Shown here: positions 26,235 through 38,607 of the stretch, piece after piece | Numbering within the stretch: the first letter of the stretch is position 1 | Layout of the letters: the number at the start of each line of letters is the position of its first letter | Program-made: the position numbers and the translations under genes | Notes under the pieces: generated by a model | Told to the model about the DNA's origin: nothing | Database searches by the model: none | The model's input: only the letters and a program-made list of their open reading frames with translations | Source: Octopus vulgaris | Taxonomy: Eukaryota | DNA length: 64,000 bases | Reading direction: 5' to 3' | NCBI GenBank assembly: GCA_951406725.2 | Contig: OX597817.1 | Coordinates: 148,614,001-148,678,000 of the forward strand

Positions 26235-26620
26235 TTTCAGTTATTAGACTGTAGCCATGCTGGGGGATCGGTTGAACTCTTTTTTAGTCCAATGGATCGA
26301 CCCTAGAACTTATTATTTTTTTATGAAGCCTGCTACTAATTCTATCGGTTCTTTTGCCGAACCGCTTAGCTACGGCGACGTAAGTACATCAACGCCGGTT
26401 ATCAGTCGGTGATGCAGACAAACACAGGCAAACATACACACACACAGAGATACATATACGATGGACTTCTTTTAGTATCTGGCTATCAAATCCACTCACA
26501 AGGCTTTTTGTTAGCCTTAGGTTATAGTAGAAAATACTTCTCCGAGGTGCCATGCAGTGGGACTGAACCCAGAATCATGTGATTAGGAAGTAAGCTTTTT
26601 ATCACACAGCCACTCCTGCC
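26235..26620 (-). mobile_element. SINE family A (diverged)
   Basis: Reverse complement of the consensus; ends CACACAGCCACTCCTGCC. Confidence 0.8.
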
Positions 26621-26644
26621 ATTGTCCTTGTTACCTATTGATAT

Positions 26645-26857
26645 TGGCTTGAAATTTTACACAATTCCAGCAATTTTGAAGGAGGGGTTTAGTCAATTAC
26701 ATCGATCCCAGTGCTCAACTGCTACTTATTTAATCGACTCCGACCGGAAAATGTAAATTCGTCTTCTATGGTATTTGATCGCAGAACGCAAAGACATACG
26801 AAATGCCGCTATGCACTTTGGCCGGCTTGCTAACGATACTACCAGCTCGCCTCCTTA
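26645..26857 (-). mobile_element. SINE family B (diverged)
   Basis: ...GCTAACGATACTACCAGCTCGCCTCCTT. Confidence 0.75.
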
Positions 26858-26889
26858 GCTTACCTTTTGTTATTAATATGTGTAAAGTA

Positions 26890-27198
26890 GAAGTGCACTG
26901 GCCCGGTGGTTAGGGCAGTGGACTCGCGGTCGCAGGATCGCGGTTTCGATTCCCAGACCGGGCGTTGTGAGTGTTTCTTGAGGGAAAACACCTAAAAGCT
27001 CCACGAGGCTCCGACAGGGGGTGGTGGCGCACCCTGCTGTACTCTTTCAACACAACTTTCTCTCATTCTTTCTTCCTGTTTCCCTTATATCTGTATTTCA
27101 AAGGGCCAGCCTTGTCACTCACTGTGTTACACCCTATCTCTCGAAAGAACTACGTTAAGAGTACACACGTCTGTGGAGTACTCAGCCACTTGCACGTG
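26890..27198 (+). mobile_element. SINE family C variant with tRNA-like head
   Basis: TGGCCCGGTGGTTAGGGC A-box, GGTTTCGATTCCC B-box; related head at 35703. Confidence 0.8.
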
Positions 27199-28810
27199 TA
27201 AAGCAACCCGAACAGATAAAGTAAAGACATTACTATGATATAAGAATGACAAAACGTCTCAATGAATGGTTTAGATTTAATGAGAAGCCTTCATTTTTTT
27301 TTGTCTTATATATATTTTTTCATTTTAATCAGAAAAGTTTTAATAATTATGACAATATTCATTAACATTAATAGCGATTTGAGCATTTCTTATATACTAG
27401 AAATTTCTATTCTTGCATTTTACAAGAGTAGCACGTGGTTTTGCGTGTAATATGGCGATGCATGTGTATGTGCGTGTTTGTCTACAGTGGGAATGTTTTT
27501 ATATACAGGTACGTGTATGCATATGTTTATATACGTATATATGTATATAAATATATATATATATATATATATGAATATTTATGCATCTTCACATCAAACT
27601 ATCTACGTGTATACATATATGTGTATATATATGTATATGCATACACATATATGTGTGTGTGTATGTGTGCCTATGTATGAATATTTATATTTAATTGTGT
27701 GTGTGTGTGTATGGTTGTGTTAGTGTGAGTGCGTGTAGGAGGACGTATGTGTGTGTGTGCTACGTAATGTAATTTGGTATTCTGTTCACGATATTGAGTT
27801 TAATGCGCAACTTGAAGAAGTCAATTGGCAATGATCTATCTGCGAATTTGGAAACTTAATATAATTAGCTGTGAGTTATATGTTTGCACATCCCAGGAAA
27901 CAAAATGGAGTTTTCAACCTGTAGATTCGAAACTGACAATCACTTTGTGTGTTTGTAAAATTAAACCTCGCGCAGAAATTTAAATTAACGAGTTCTACTA
28001 CTTCTTCATTTACTAGAGTTACTACTTACCGCTAGCAATTAAGTCAATGTTAATTATGATGTTGTTGAGAATGAAGATAATGAGCGCAGGATCAAGTTTA
28101 CCTGTGTGTTATAGATTTCGTAATGACGCAAGATACATAATGCAAATTGCAGAAACGGAATCAAGGTACTTCGAAACAGTTCGAAGAAAGTATCTTCTAT
28201 CCGATTGATGAGATGCCTGGAATGTGTAAAAAGTGCAATTAATTTAATGTACTGGTAATTATCGCTTTTACCGCTCAGTGATTAAGTATAATATAAAGTC
28301 ATTTAATGTATATTATACGGTTGAAGATTGCATGACATCGCAAATTGTTCGTCAGCCTTTTAGAAATTAAAGTAATTAAAAGTTAAAATCTCATATACAA
28401 AGGTGTTTTAGACTATATTTTAAACTATATTCAGGTGATAAAAATAAGTGTTTCCTAAAGATATGTGGCGCTTACTTATAAATGAATATATATATATATA
28501 TTATGAAAACCATATGTAGATTCATGCTTTATCTCACAGCAATTCTTTAACTGCTTAATCATTTTGCTTTTGTCATGGTTAATGTTGTAGTTGAGCAAGT
28601 CTTTTCATTTTATGTTTTCCCATCGCGTTTTGCATTCGAACGAATACGTTAAATAAACCAAATTGTCATGCGGTGAAAGTTTCCAGCTATTCCCAATCAG
28701 CTGAGTGACCGTTAAGGCAGCTGCCCCATTGGTCCGAGTTTTATTCCTAGTCTTATGGGGTTAGTGATATTTCTACAACCATTGATGACATCTCACCAGA
28801 AAATTAACAT

Positions 28811-29041
28811 TCTTTTACTCTTATACTTGTTTCAGCCATTGACTGCGGCCATGCAGGAGCACCGCCTAATAGTTGAGCAAATCGACCCCAGGACTTATAC
28901 TTTGTAAGCCTAATATTTATTCTATCGGTCTCTTTTGCCGAACCGCTAAGTGACGGGGACGTAAACACACCAGCATGGCCACAGTCAAATGACTGAAACT
29001 AGTAAAAAAAGTAAAAGAAGAAAAGAGTAAAAAAGAGTAAA
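28811..29041. mobile_element. Rearranged SINE A with tails pointing outward at both ends
   Basis: Minus-strand 3' half switches at CCAGCAT (about 28970) to a plus-strand 3' end. Confidence 0.75.
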
Positions 29042-29556
29042 TCTAAAAATCTTGTTCCTGTACTGCTGACTAAAAACTGTCTTCTTTGACACACGTGCTT
29101 GGATTAAAATGTTTTCTTTTGCACGAGTGATGTTCTTATGTCATAGCTATCGTTAAAATTATTTGTTAATGTGCTTGAAGTATTTTTCACTATTAATTGG
29201 CCTCTATTAATTCTGTAAATGTACAGTTTCCGTGTAACTTTTGTTTCTGCCATTTTCGCCTGTGATATTTTGTAAGGTAATGTAAGCGCATGTGCTTGAC
29301 ATTTTGATATGAAATATCAAAATAGAAAACCTATTTTTAAAAATTGTTTTTTTCCTAATAACAGGTATTTAGGGTATCGAAAATATTTATTGGCAAATAA
29401 TTAAAGGAAATAATTTAGATTTGTAAATAATTGAAAGGGTGTCCTATGATGGAGGTAGAAGATTCGCCATCACACTAATACAGTCATTGACAACTACAAC
29501 GACGGCGAGAACAGCAGCAACAAGAATAATGCTATTACTAAAACTACTACTACTAT

Positions 29557-29565
29557 ATAGTAGTT

Positions 29566-29657
<92 letters not shown>
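29557..29657. repeat. (AGT)n microsatellite
   Basis: Visible directly. Confidence 0.95.
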
Positions 29658-29658
<1 letters not shown>

Positions 29659-30231
29659 TATTTCCCTTCATCTGATGCTTCTGTGACAAATAAAAGAAGT
29701 CATTACTATTGATGTCCTTCCTTTAATATAGGCTAAATAACAAATACCTGCCGAGCAACAACCAGTCACCGAGGTCAGGCATTGTGGAATAATGTTATTG
29801 TTCAACACAGCATCATATCCTGCTGAGTTTCATTATTGAAAAAAAAATAATAATAATAAATAAAATAAAACAAAGGATTTTGGGAATATAGATTTCAAGG
29901 ACAAGTACTTAGGTAGAGTGTGAATCACATTGTTCAGTACTATTTTCTGGAGTTCGTATTTTCTATATTATTCCCCAGATATTTTTTAAGGAAGTAACTG
30001 GTAGTATTCTTTATGACACCATGTGTCCCAATCGCAACTGATGTTTGCTCCCGTCTTCAGGTGCCACATTCCTTTACTTCAATCTCTATGTCTCTGTACT
30101 TGGTCAGCTTACCGTATACCTTGGAAGACACATTTTCATTTTGTCAGGCGGTATTATCATACGTATGAGTAGTTTTGCTTTTGGTCTTTAACAGTGATAT
30201 ATGGATGGTTTCTATTAACTTTCTACCCGTA

Positions 30232-30519
30232 CGATGGCGGGCTGAAAAGTTCCTACTTTTAAGGGTATTGCAAAAGTCCTGGCTGTATGTCCAACCTTCC
30301 GAGTTGTTTTCGAGTTCTTTTACTCGGTTTTAAGGCTATTGCGAAAGGCTTTGCTGGAGGCCTAACCTTCCTTGTTCTTTTACAGGGCTTGGAAAAACCC
30401 AAGGACTGCTGCAATAAGTGAGTGAATCTGAGAGAGGAATATGTTCAATAAGATCACGATTCATTGATCCACTTGTATTTTCTTTTACCCAAAGCCTGGA
30501 ACAATTCAACACCCCTTCG
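30232..30519. mobile_element. Mariner-derived MITE
   Basis: TA|CGATGGCGGGCTGAAAAGTTCC ... GGAACAATTCAACACCCCTTCG|TA degenerate TIRs. Confidence 0.65.
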
Positions 30520-30939
30520 TATATACTCTAATGTCCAAAAGACGGTAATGTCGTTTCTTCAACTACTAATTTACGTTAGTGTCCATACCAGGTTTTGCAT
30601 GCCTACTGAGAGCATCTCTGAAATTTCATACGTTGCTCTTGTGGTAAAAGAAAACCTTCAACATGCATTAACAAACACAGATATAGTTTAACTTGACTGT
30701 ATCATGGATTACATCTTGCAACTATGAGGCAATAAATAGATTAAACATTTCTCCAAAAAAACACTTCTTTGTCAAAAATGTATTAACAACAAAACATTTT
30801 TCAGCACATCAGAGAGAAAACAATGTTCTTTGACATTACTATAATATGTATGGGCTAAAATATTTTCTTTTACCCTATAACAGCAATGAGGGAGTTACTC
30901 TGCTCTTAGAGCTCTTTAAAATTATTTGTTAAATCGCTC

Positions 30940-31830
30940 AAAGTATTACACGTTTACCAAGGCTTTTGGACAAAGTCCAGTGAGTATTGACCAATATTCT
31001 CGTATCTATCCTTATATTAGGTTGAAGTAGGTATCCATTTCCTACATGGTCAACTGTTTTACCATGGGATTCACTGACTCTGAACTTGGGGAGGAGTTGC
31101 TGCGTTTTAAGGTAGTAAGAATGAATCCTTTTGTTTCAGCCTTCAGTCCTAAATTTACTTTCTTCATTTTCTATAGCAAGGAGATTTCGTATTAAGGGGC
31201 TGCATTTATCTAGCTTTTCGATTTCCTTCTTGACTATTCGTGGGTCAAAGGACCATGCAACGTCAATTATATAGCATATGTAGTGTACCTTGTCCACCAC
31301 CACCAGGTTCGGTCTGTTATACTCTAGCACCTGATCCGTTTGGACTGGGAAATACCAGAGGATTTTACTAGTCCCCAACTCTGCCACCTTCTGCGTTTTG
31401 TGCTCAAACCACGTCTTGCCTCTCTACAGTCTGCACTTTTCGTACAATTTCTAATGTAGCGCTTTCGCTACCAGTTCGTATCACCACAACTTGTAGTATT
31501 TTTGGGTTTTTGTTTCGCAATATGGTCAATAGTTTCAGCCACTCTATTGCAGAAGCAGCCCCTTAATACGAAATCTCCTTGCTATAGAAAATGAAGAAAG
31601 TAAATTTAGGACTGAAGGCTGAAACAAAAGGATTCATTCTTACTACCTTAAAACGCAGCAACTCCTCCCCAAGTTCAGAGTCAGTGAATCCCATGGTAAA
31701 CACTTGCTTATTCCTGATGTTGACCCTCCTAATCGTGACCAGAGATTGGTCCTGCGCCGCCAGTATAGTGCCCACTGTTTCTTCTTTAAGGGTTCTTTCA
31801 TCAGCCAATCCCCAATGTTTTCCCCAGCAA
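30940..31830 (-). pseudogene. R4/Dong-clade RLE non-LTR retrotransposon fragments, rearranged
   Basis: LKEETVGTILAAQDQSLVT; KILWYFPVQTDQVLEYNRPNLVVVDK..CYIIDVA..D.RI..KE.EK (PD-(D/E)xK RLE region); second fragment GLKAETKGFIL..TVDH..HW. Confidence 0.8.
31058..31700. repeat. 146-bp perfect inverted repeat (31058-31203 / 31555-31700)
   Basis: TTTACCATGGGATTCACTGACTCTG...GTATTAAGGGGCTGC and its reverse complement; I saw no mismatch by eye. Confidence 0.9.
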
Positions 31831-31931
31831 CCTCTTTTGTGGCTGCATGGAATTGATTGAGAAATGTGATTTATCGTAATCTAGTAACCCCCTCCCTACA
31901 AATGTCAGGCCTGATGCTTATAGTAGAAAGG

Positions 31932-31990
<59 letters not shown>

Positions 31991-31996
31991 CATTAT

Positions 31997-32506
31997 TGAG
32001 TGAGAGAGCAGCGCATGCCATTAAAGTGATACTGGGGTAAAATATATGAGTCCAATATACCCATCATGACTACCCGTCTGATAAGGGTACACCAGGCACA
32101 AGCATCATAATCACATGTGAGTGACATGGTGATCTCATATAAAGATTAACGGCGCATGACCTTGCAGGTGGGGTCCAGTTAGAATTTTCTTCAGGTCGAG
32201 TAGCCCATCCCACTCAAAAGGTGTCTGAATAAGGATTGTTCAACGAAACACTCATGCTTCCATAACTGAATTATTCAAAGGCCAAATAATTCCCCTCAAC
32301 ACATGGCTATGATGCTCCCCACCCCCACTACTTGTGCCCGTGATCAGAGATGCATATATTGTCAGCCACAAAGGGACATGCTCAACTGTTTAAGGTCAAA
32401 CAAATGACAAGCAAATATGTGGTACTGAGCAGAATATTTGATGTAGCTCATCTTTTATACGAAGACAACCCAATGTACATGGTAACACTTCCAATCAGTT
32501 AAGATC
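31997..32506 (-). mobile_element. Family E (AAT)n-associated element
   Basis: Reverse complement of 33716-34225; flanked by (ATT)n on both sides. Confidence 0.85.
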
Positions 32507-32516
32507 TTCTTCTTCT

Positions 32517-32774
<258 letters not shown>

Positions 32775-33439
32775 TAACAAACAGGCGATCAAAGGCTGGA
32801 CATTACTCTGAATCCATTTTAATATAATCAAGCAGAGCAAGTCTGCACAAGATACAGTTTCATCATCACTATCATCATTAATATCATCAACATCATCCTC
32901 AATACAAGCAGCTGCCCCATCATCATCATCATCGTCATCATCGACATCATCGTCGTCGTCACTATCATCATTATCATCATCATCATCTTCATAAACGTTA
33001 TCGATATTAAAGTTATAAATAATATAAAATGATTAAATATTTTTTTTCTTTTAAATTCATTCCACCATTTGTGTTAAATTATAGTGAAATTTTAACCAGG
33101 TGTGCAGTTTTAATTAGCAAGTAGGAAGCTGTGATAGCAATTATATTTTGAACTTATTATTTATTCAACAAGATTGTGTGGGATACAACATGATGTTCTC
33201 AGTGATCTGTGTCTGCGAATTGGTTCCATTTCCAGCTGTAACCATTTCCCGTGTACGGCTCTCAGCTTTTCTTAAAACAAATAATTTTTTTAAAAATACA
33301 CCTACACTCCTCACACATTAAATCTGGATAGTTAAGCCTGTGTAAGGAAACATTAGCAATAACCTTACCAACCGCCTTCTTTTTCCATAATAATCCTGGT
33401 CGGCATTGTCGTCATCATCTTCATCATCCAGTTCTATAT

Positions 33440-33625
33440 TTAAGAGATGAGGAATTATGCACATTTACATTATTTTCATTATTTACATTTGACGGATATT
33501 TGTCCTCATCTTGTTTGTTTGTTAACACAACGTTTCGGCTGATAAACCCTCCACAGGCATATGGCGTAGTGGTTAAGAGTGCGGGCTACTAACCCCAAGA
33601 TTCCGAGTTCGATTCCAGACAGTTA

Positions 33626-33667
<42 letters not shown>

Positions 33668-33671
33668 CCTT
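33440..33671 (+). mobile_element. SINE family D with an inverted HHR-tail fragment fused upstream of the tRNA-like head
   Basis: 33460-33553 is the reverse complement of about 3222-3300; 33556-33630 is the head seen at 2636-2710; followed by (AAT)n-AAATACCTT as in the first copy. Confidence 0.75.
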
Positions 33672-33684
33672 GATTCAGTGGATC

Positions 33685-34230
33685 AATGCTCTGATGCAAT
33701 ACCAGGCAGTAGCTCTGATCTTAACTGATTGGAAGTGTTATCATGTACATTGTTTTGTCTTGGTATAAGAGATGGGCTACAGCAAATATTCTGCTCAATA
33801 CCAAAGATTTGCTTGTCAGTTGTTTGACCTTATCCAGTTGAGCATGTGGCTGACGATATGTGCATCTCTGATCACAAGCAGAAGTAGTGGGGGAGCATCA
33901 TAGCCGTGTGTTGAAAGGAATTCTTGGAGGTTTGGATAATTCACCTTTGGAAACATGGGTGTTTCGTTCAACATCCTTAAACAACCCTTATTCAAGGACC
34001 TTTTGAGTGGGATAGGCTACTCGACCAGAAGAAAATTTTAACTGGGCCCCACCTGCAAGGTCAAGTGCAGTTTATCTTGATATGAGATCACCATGTCGTG
34101 CACATGTGGTTGTGATGCATGTGCCTAGTGTACCCTTATCAGACGGGTAATCATGATGGGTACATTGGGCTTCATATATCTTACCCCAGTGTCACTTTGA
34201 TGGCATGCACTGCTCTCTCACTCAATAATA
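33685..34230 (+). mobile_element. Family E (AAT)n-associated element, about 540 bp
   Basis: ATGCTCTGATGCAATACCAGGCAG...GCACTGCTCTCTCACTC-AATAATAAT. Confidence 0.85.
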
Positions 34231-34350
34231 ATATCATTTATCCTCTACGGTGTCAGTTTCGATGTTGTGCCACTTGAAATAAACGGTCTTCCTATTTGAA
34301 TTGTACAGTCAGTCTTTATGGGAAAGTAACATAAAATCCTGTAGCACTTA

Positions 34351-34789
34351 TCTCTCTCTATATAAACGGCAGTTTGTCTGTCTGTGTGTCTGTGTGTCTG
34401 TCAGGTTGTACCCTCACCCTTACCACGGCTTTCAACCGATTCTGATGAAACTTGACACACACATAGCCCAATGTCATAAGTCAAAACTAACGCAGTGAAA
34501 ATTTTGAAAAGTTCACCCAGTTCTGAAAACATCGATAAATTCGACATGGGGTCGAGAATCTAAGCTTTTTATATGCAACACATTTTCTGTCTAGGGGACA
34601 CAACTCGACCTTTTTATCGCCCAAAGGGACAGCTAGGAACATCGTATACACAGAAGTATTCGAGTGATGAGAATACATTGCAACCTACACATGCGCCTTC
34701 GTTCCCTAGAGGGAAAGGACTAGATTGGGATTAGTCGTTGCCTACTAGGGGCTCTTACATACCCGGGCAACGCCGGGCTATGCTGCTAG
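34351..34789 (+). mobile_element. Complete non-autonomous Helitron
   Basis: A|TC 5' end, subterminal hairpin CCCGGGCAACGCCGGG, 3' CTAG|T; no TSD. Confidence 0.85.
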
Positions 34790-35702
34790 TTCTGTATAAC
34801 AAGCTCTGGCTCGTGTTCACAACACTTTCCTGATACACATTTGTCTAACATCCCAATGCGCTCTTTTACCGACGCAGTCATCTAAGCACTTATAAACCTT
34901 TCTTGCTAGGTTAAGGCATTCATTTAAAAGATGGTTAATACTTTCGTTTTCTTTTCAACACATTCTTCTTTTGCTCCCTGGCTGTGTGTTATCAATTGTT
35001 TCCTTTCTCAAATTCGTTCTAATGGCTTGTTACTGACCAGGTATAATTTGGGAGCCAACAGATACGTTTTGATGTGGGTGTTCAATAGAATGACATCTCC
35101 TCCAGCCTCATCCTCATACTTTAAAAACTGAAATACATGTTTGTTCTTGTAGTGCCAGAAATAAAACAACATTGTTGTGTTGTCACTCCTTTGAACATAG
35201 ACCGGGTCTGATGTGAGATTAAAAGCTAATCACAAAGGCTATGGTCCATCTAATCGACAACAACCGAAAATCTAATCACTCCATCGCTACAAAAATGCAC
35301 TAATATTTCGGATTGTAAGCAATAAATATTACATTAATATTAAGTGTTCGTGTTTGTGAAGTCTTCCCAGTGCGAAGGTCATTCTGTAAACATAAGAAAG
35401 TATGTTTGCTTAGAGTCGTTATATTTCTGTATATCCAAAGAACACACTCGCATATAGTTCTATCAGGATTATCATTAAAGACACTCTCGTCTTGACCAAC
35501 CCGTCTTTCATGATAGGTATAGTACACCAAGAACAGCATTTTTTAATGTGTTTTATGAGATTTTTTTTAAATATGCATATTGTTTTTAATATGCATATTG
35601 TTTAGAGCTTGCTCAGACCCGATTTATGACAACTATGATTAAAGACGTTCCAGCTATAGCCATCTCGTCTTTGGTTAGAGGCATAGAGCATCAACAACAT
35701 CC

Positions 35703-36235
35703 GTGGAGGCGCAATGGCCTAGTGGTTATGTCAGTGGATTCGTGGTCGTAAGAACGCGGACCGGGTATTGTGAGTGTTTATTGAGCAAAAACACATAAGC
35801 TACATGAGGCTTCTGCGGAGGGTGGTGGTGAACCCCGCTGTACTCTTTCACCACAACTTTCTCTCACACTTCCATCCTACTTCTGTCACAAAGCAGGGGA
35901 GTCATGGTGTAACCCACTATGGTGCTGTAAAATTTTAGAACCTAGTCTAGATTGCGAATCCTCTGTACCCCAGGATGGTTCAGCTCTCCATTCGTGAAAA
36001 GCCACCGTCTACGGAATTAAGATAACAACGTAGCTTTCGCGCCCGTGCAACCGCCAGTCTGTCGCGTGTGGTGGGTAGATCTTCAAGTTGCCACAGGTAT
36101 TCTTAGTAGCTTAGAGTAGGCTCGAATTAGAGATTATTCTTTGTGGCTAAAGAAGAAGAAGAAGAAGAAGAAGAAGAAGAAGAAGAAGAAGAAGAAGAAG
36201 AAGAAGAAGAAGAAGAAGAAGAAGAAGAAGAAGAA
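35703..36235 (+). mobile_element. SINE (family C-like head) with (AAG)n tail
   Basis: GTGGAGGCGCAATGGCCTAGTGGTTA head; CTGTACTCTTTCA.CACAACTTTCTCTCA shared with 27037-27066. Confidence 0.7.
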
Positions 36236-37350
36236 CCACAACAACAACAACAACAACAACATCCTTAGTTATTTGGTAAGATGTTTTTTTTTTCTTATTT
36301 GCTTGTTTACTCAAGAAAACTATATGTAGCAAATTTGGCTACTATTTCTACCAGGTTCAGCAACCAGGTTAAGGCTGTTTTAAGCTCGGAAAAATGTGTC
36401 CTATATTTTAGAGGTATCACATGAAATATTTGCTTGAGAGAATTTTAATTTTATATTTTATTTGTTATGTTTTACTGCTTCTCTAGCTTTCGTGATCACA
36501 CTGACAGTTGTTGTAACCATAATTCACATTTTCATTATTCCCATGTTAGATATTATTTTGAAATGTTCAATATCCTTTATAAAATGTGTTTTAACAGTTA
36601 GGAATGTCACATCACTCAATGTAAAACTCCTGCCTGTTTGTCTTTTACGACGTTGTCAGATGGTTAGCGCACATCTCCACCTCCTCCTCTATGAACGCAT
36701 ATTCCAAAGAACAACGATATTATGTTTAATGACAGTTTTGTTTTGACTATAGATGTATTTTAATGCTGCTACATGAGAACATCCAACATGGCGGTACGTA
36801 CTTTTTTTTGTTTTTGTTTTCCACTAACACTGATTACACATGCAATATATTTTATTACTACTGATAAAAAAATTTTTCTTTCATCGTAGTATGATTTTGA
36901 GATGGCAGCACAAGTGCGTAAGCTTGAATAGAAGATTTCGGTGTTATATTATTCCGAGTTCAAATCCTGATGAAATCGATTTCGTTTTTGCATTTGATAT
37001 TTGCAAACCGATAAAACATGTTTTGACACTTCTTCAATAAAATTGTAACACTCAAATGAAAGGCGAAGTCAGGGTTGGCGGGATTTGAACTTACAGAAAC
37101 CGCTATAACAACATCCAATAATACGTTAGTATATATATATGTATGTATATATATATATATATGTGTGTGTGTGTAGATATGTATATATGTATGTATATAT
37201 ATACGTATGTATGTATATATATATACGTATGTATGTATATATATATATATAACTTAATGATTCATCAACAAGAAGAGTATAAACTATTCTTTTTAATGAA
37301 TAAAATTGAACTTACGAAAATCAATACAAATACATTCGTACATGCATAAA

Positions 37351-37398
<48 letters not shown>

Positions 37399-37499
37399 CG
37401 TATAAATATATATAAATATATGTATATATGCACATATAAATATATATATATATAAACTTAAAGTGCATATACATACACACACATACACACATATATATA

Positions 37500-37566
<67 letters not shown>

Positions 37567-37570
<4 letters not shown>

Positions 37571-38162
37571 CAACAACATTGAGGAACGGCTCTGATAGGC
37601 CATTCGACCCACTAGAAAGAGCAGCCAAGACTCAAACCGCGAAATAATAGTAATTCAGAAATTAAAGAAAAATTAAAAAAACATTTACCCTATTTATCTT
37701 TAGACAATGCATTGTTTCGACGTTCTTTTAGGCAAACCAGCCTAATTAAATTAAATTTAATTTAATGAAGTCAATCTACCGTCTCATCGGTAAAGAAGCC
37801 AGGAGGAGTAAATATACACGAGGCAACAGCATTTGTGCCTCGGGAATATATACCCTAAATTTTCAAAACCACCGTAATCGCGCCAGCTTATCAGCAGCAA
37901 ATATAAACTGCTGATTCAATTTCAGAATTAGTCAGAAAATCATTAATTAATCAATATAAGGGTAGCATAAAATTCAATAGAAATTTTTTTGCCACCAGCG
38001 GTCTAGTGAGAAAGAGAAAATAGTCACAATCTATGTATATAATTTCAACAACATTGAGGAACCGATAGGTCATTCGACTCACTTGAAAGAGCAGCCAAGA
38101 CTCAAACCGCTAAATAGTAGTAATTCAGAAATTAAAGGAAAATTAAAAAAACATTTACCCTA
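37567..38162 (-). mobile_element. PLE pseudo-LTR/retrozyme-like partial tandem (period about 475 bp) next to (TA)n
   Basis: 37567-37692 repeats at 38042-38162; HHR at 37697-37796. Confidence 0.75.
37697..37796 (-). ncRNA. Hammerhead motif, CCGAUGA core variant
   Basis: Reverse complement: TCTTTA-CCGATGA-GACG...CGTC-GAAAC-AATGCATT-GTC-TAAAGA; 6-bp stem I, palindromic stem-loop III. Confidence 0.7.
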
Positions 38163-38345
38163 GTGTGTTTATGTCCCCACAACTTAGCACTTTGTTAAAA
38201 GAAGCCTTTAGAATAAACACTAAGCTTAAAAATAAAATACTACCTGGGGTCTATTCATTCAACTGAAAAACTGTCAAGGCGATGCCCCAGCATGGCCACA
38301 GTCTAATGATTGAATAAATAAACTATATATATATATATGTGCGTG

Positions 38346-38406
<61 letters not shown>

Positions 38407-38607
38407 TTATGTGTTTGTGTTTGTCCCCCAAGTATCGCTTGACAACCGACGCTGGTGTGTTTACGTACTCGTAACTATTTGGTTCTGGAAACGAAACCGA
38501 TGGAATAAGTACAAGGCTTACAAAGAATGAGTCCTGGGTTCGATATACACGATTAAGGGCGGTGCTCCAGCATGGCTACAGTCAAACAACTGAAACAAAT
38601 AAAAGAA
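38163..38607 (+). mobile_element. Two SINE family A 3' fragments
   Basis: GTGTGTTTA.GT..C.AACT...CCAGCATGGC.ACAGTC occurs twice. Confidence 0.75.

Noticed and set aside
26890-26965. tRNA genes at SINE heads (also 2636, 24690, 33556)
   Set aside because: A/B boxes are present, but no complete cloverleaf was evident and each continues into a SINE body.
28690-28740. CCAAT/E-box cluster as a promoter
   Set aside because: Short motifs are expected by chance and there is no linked gene.
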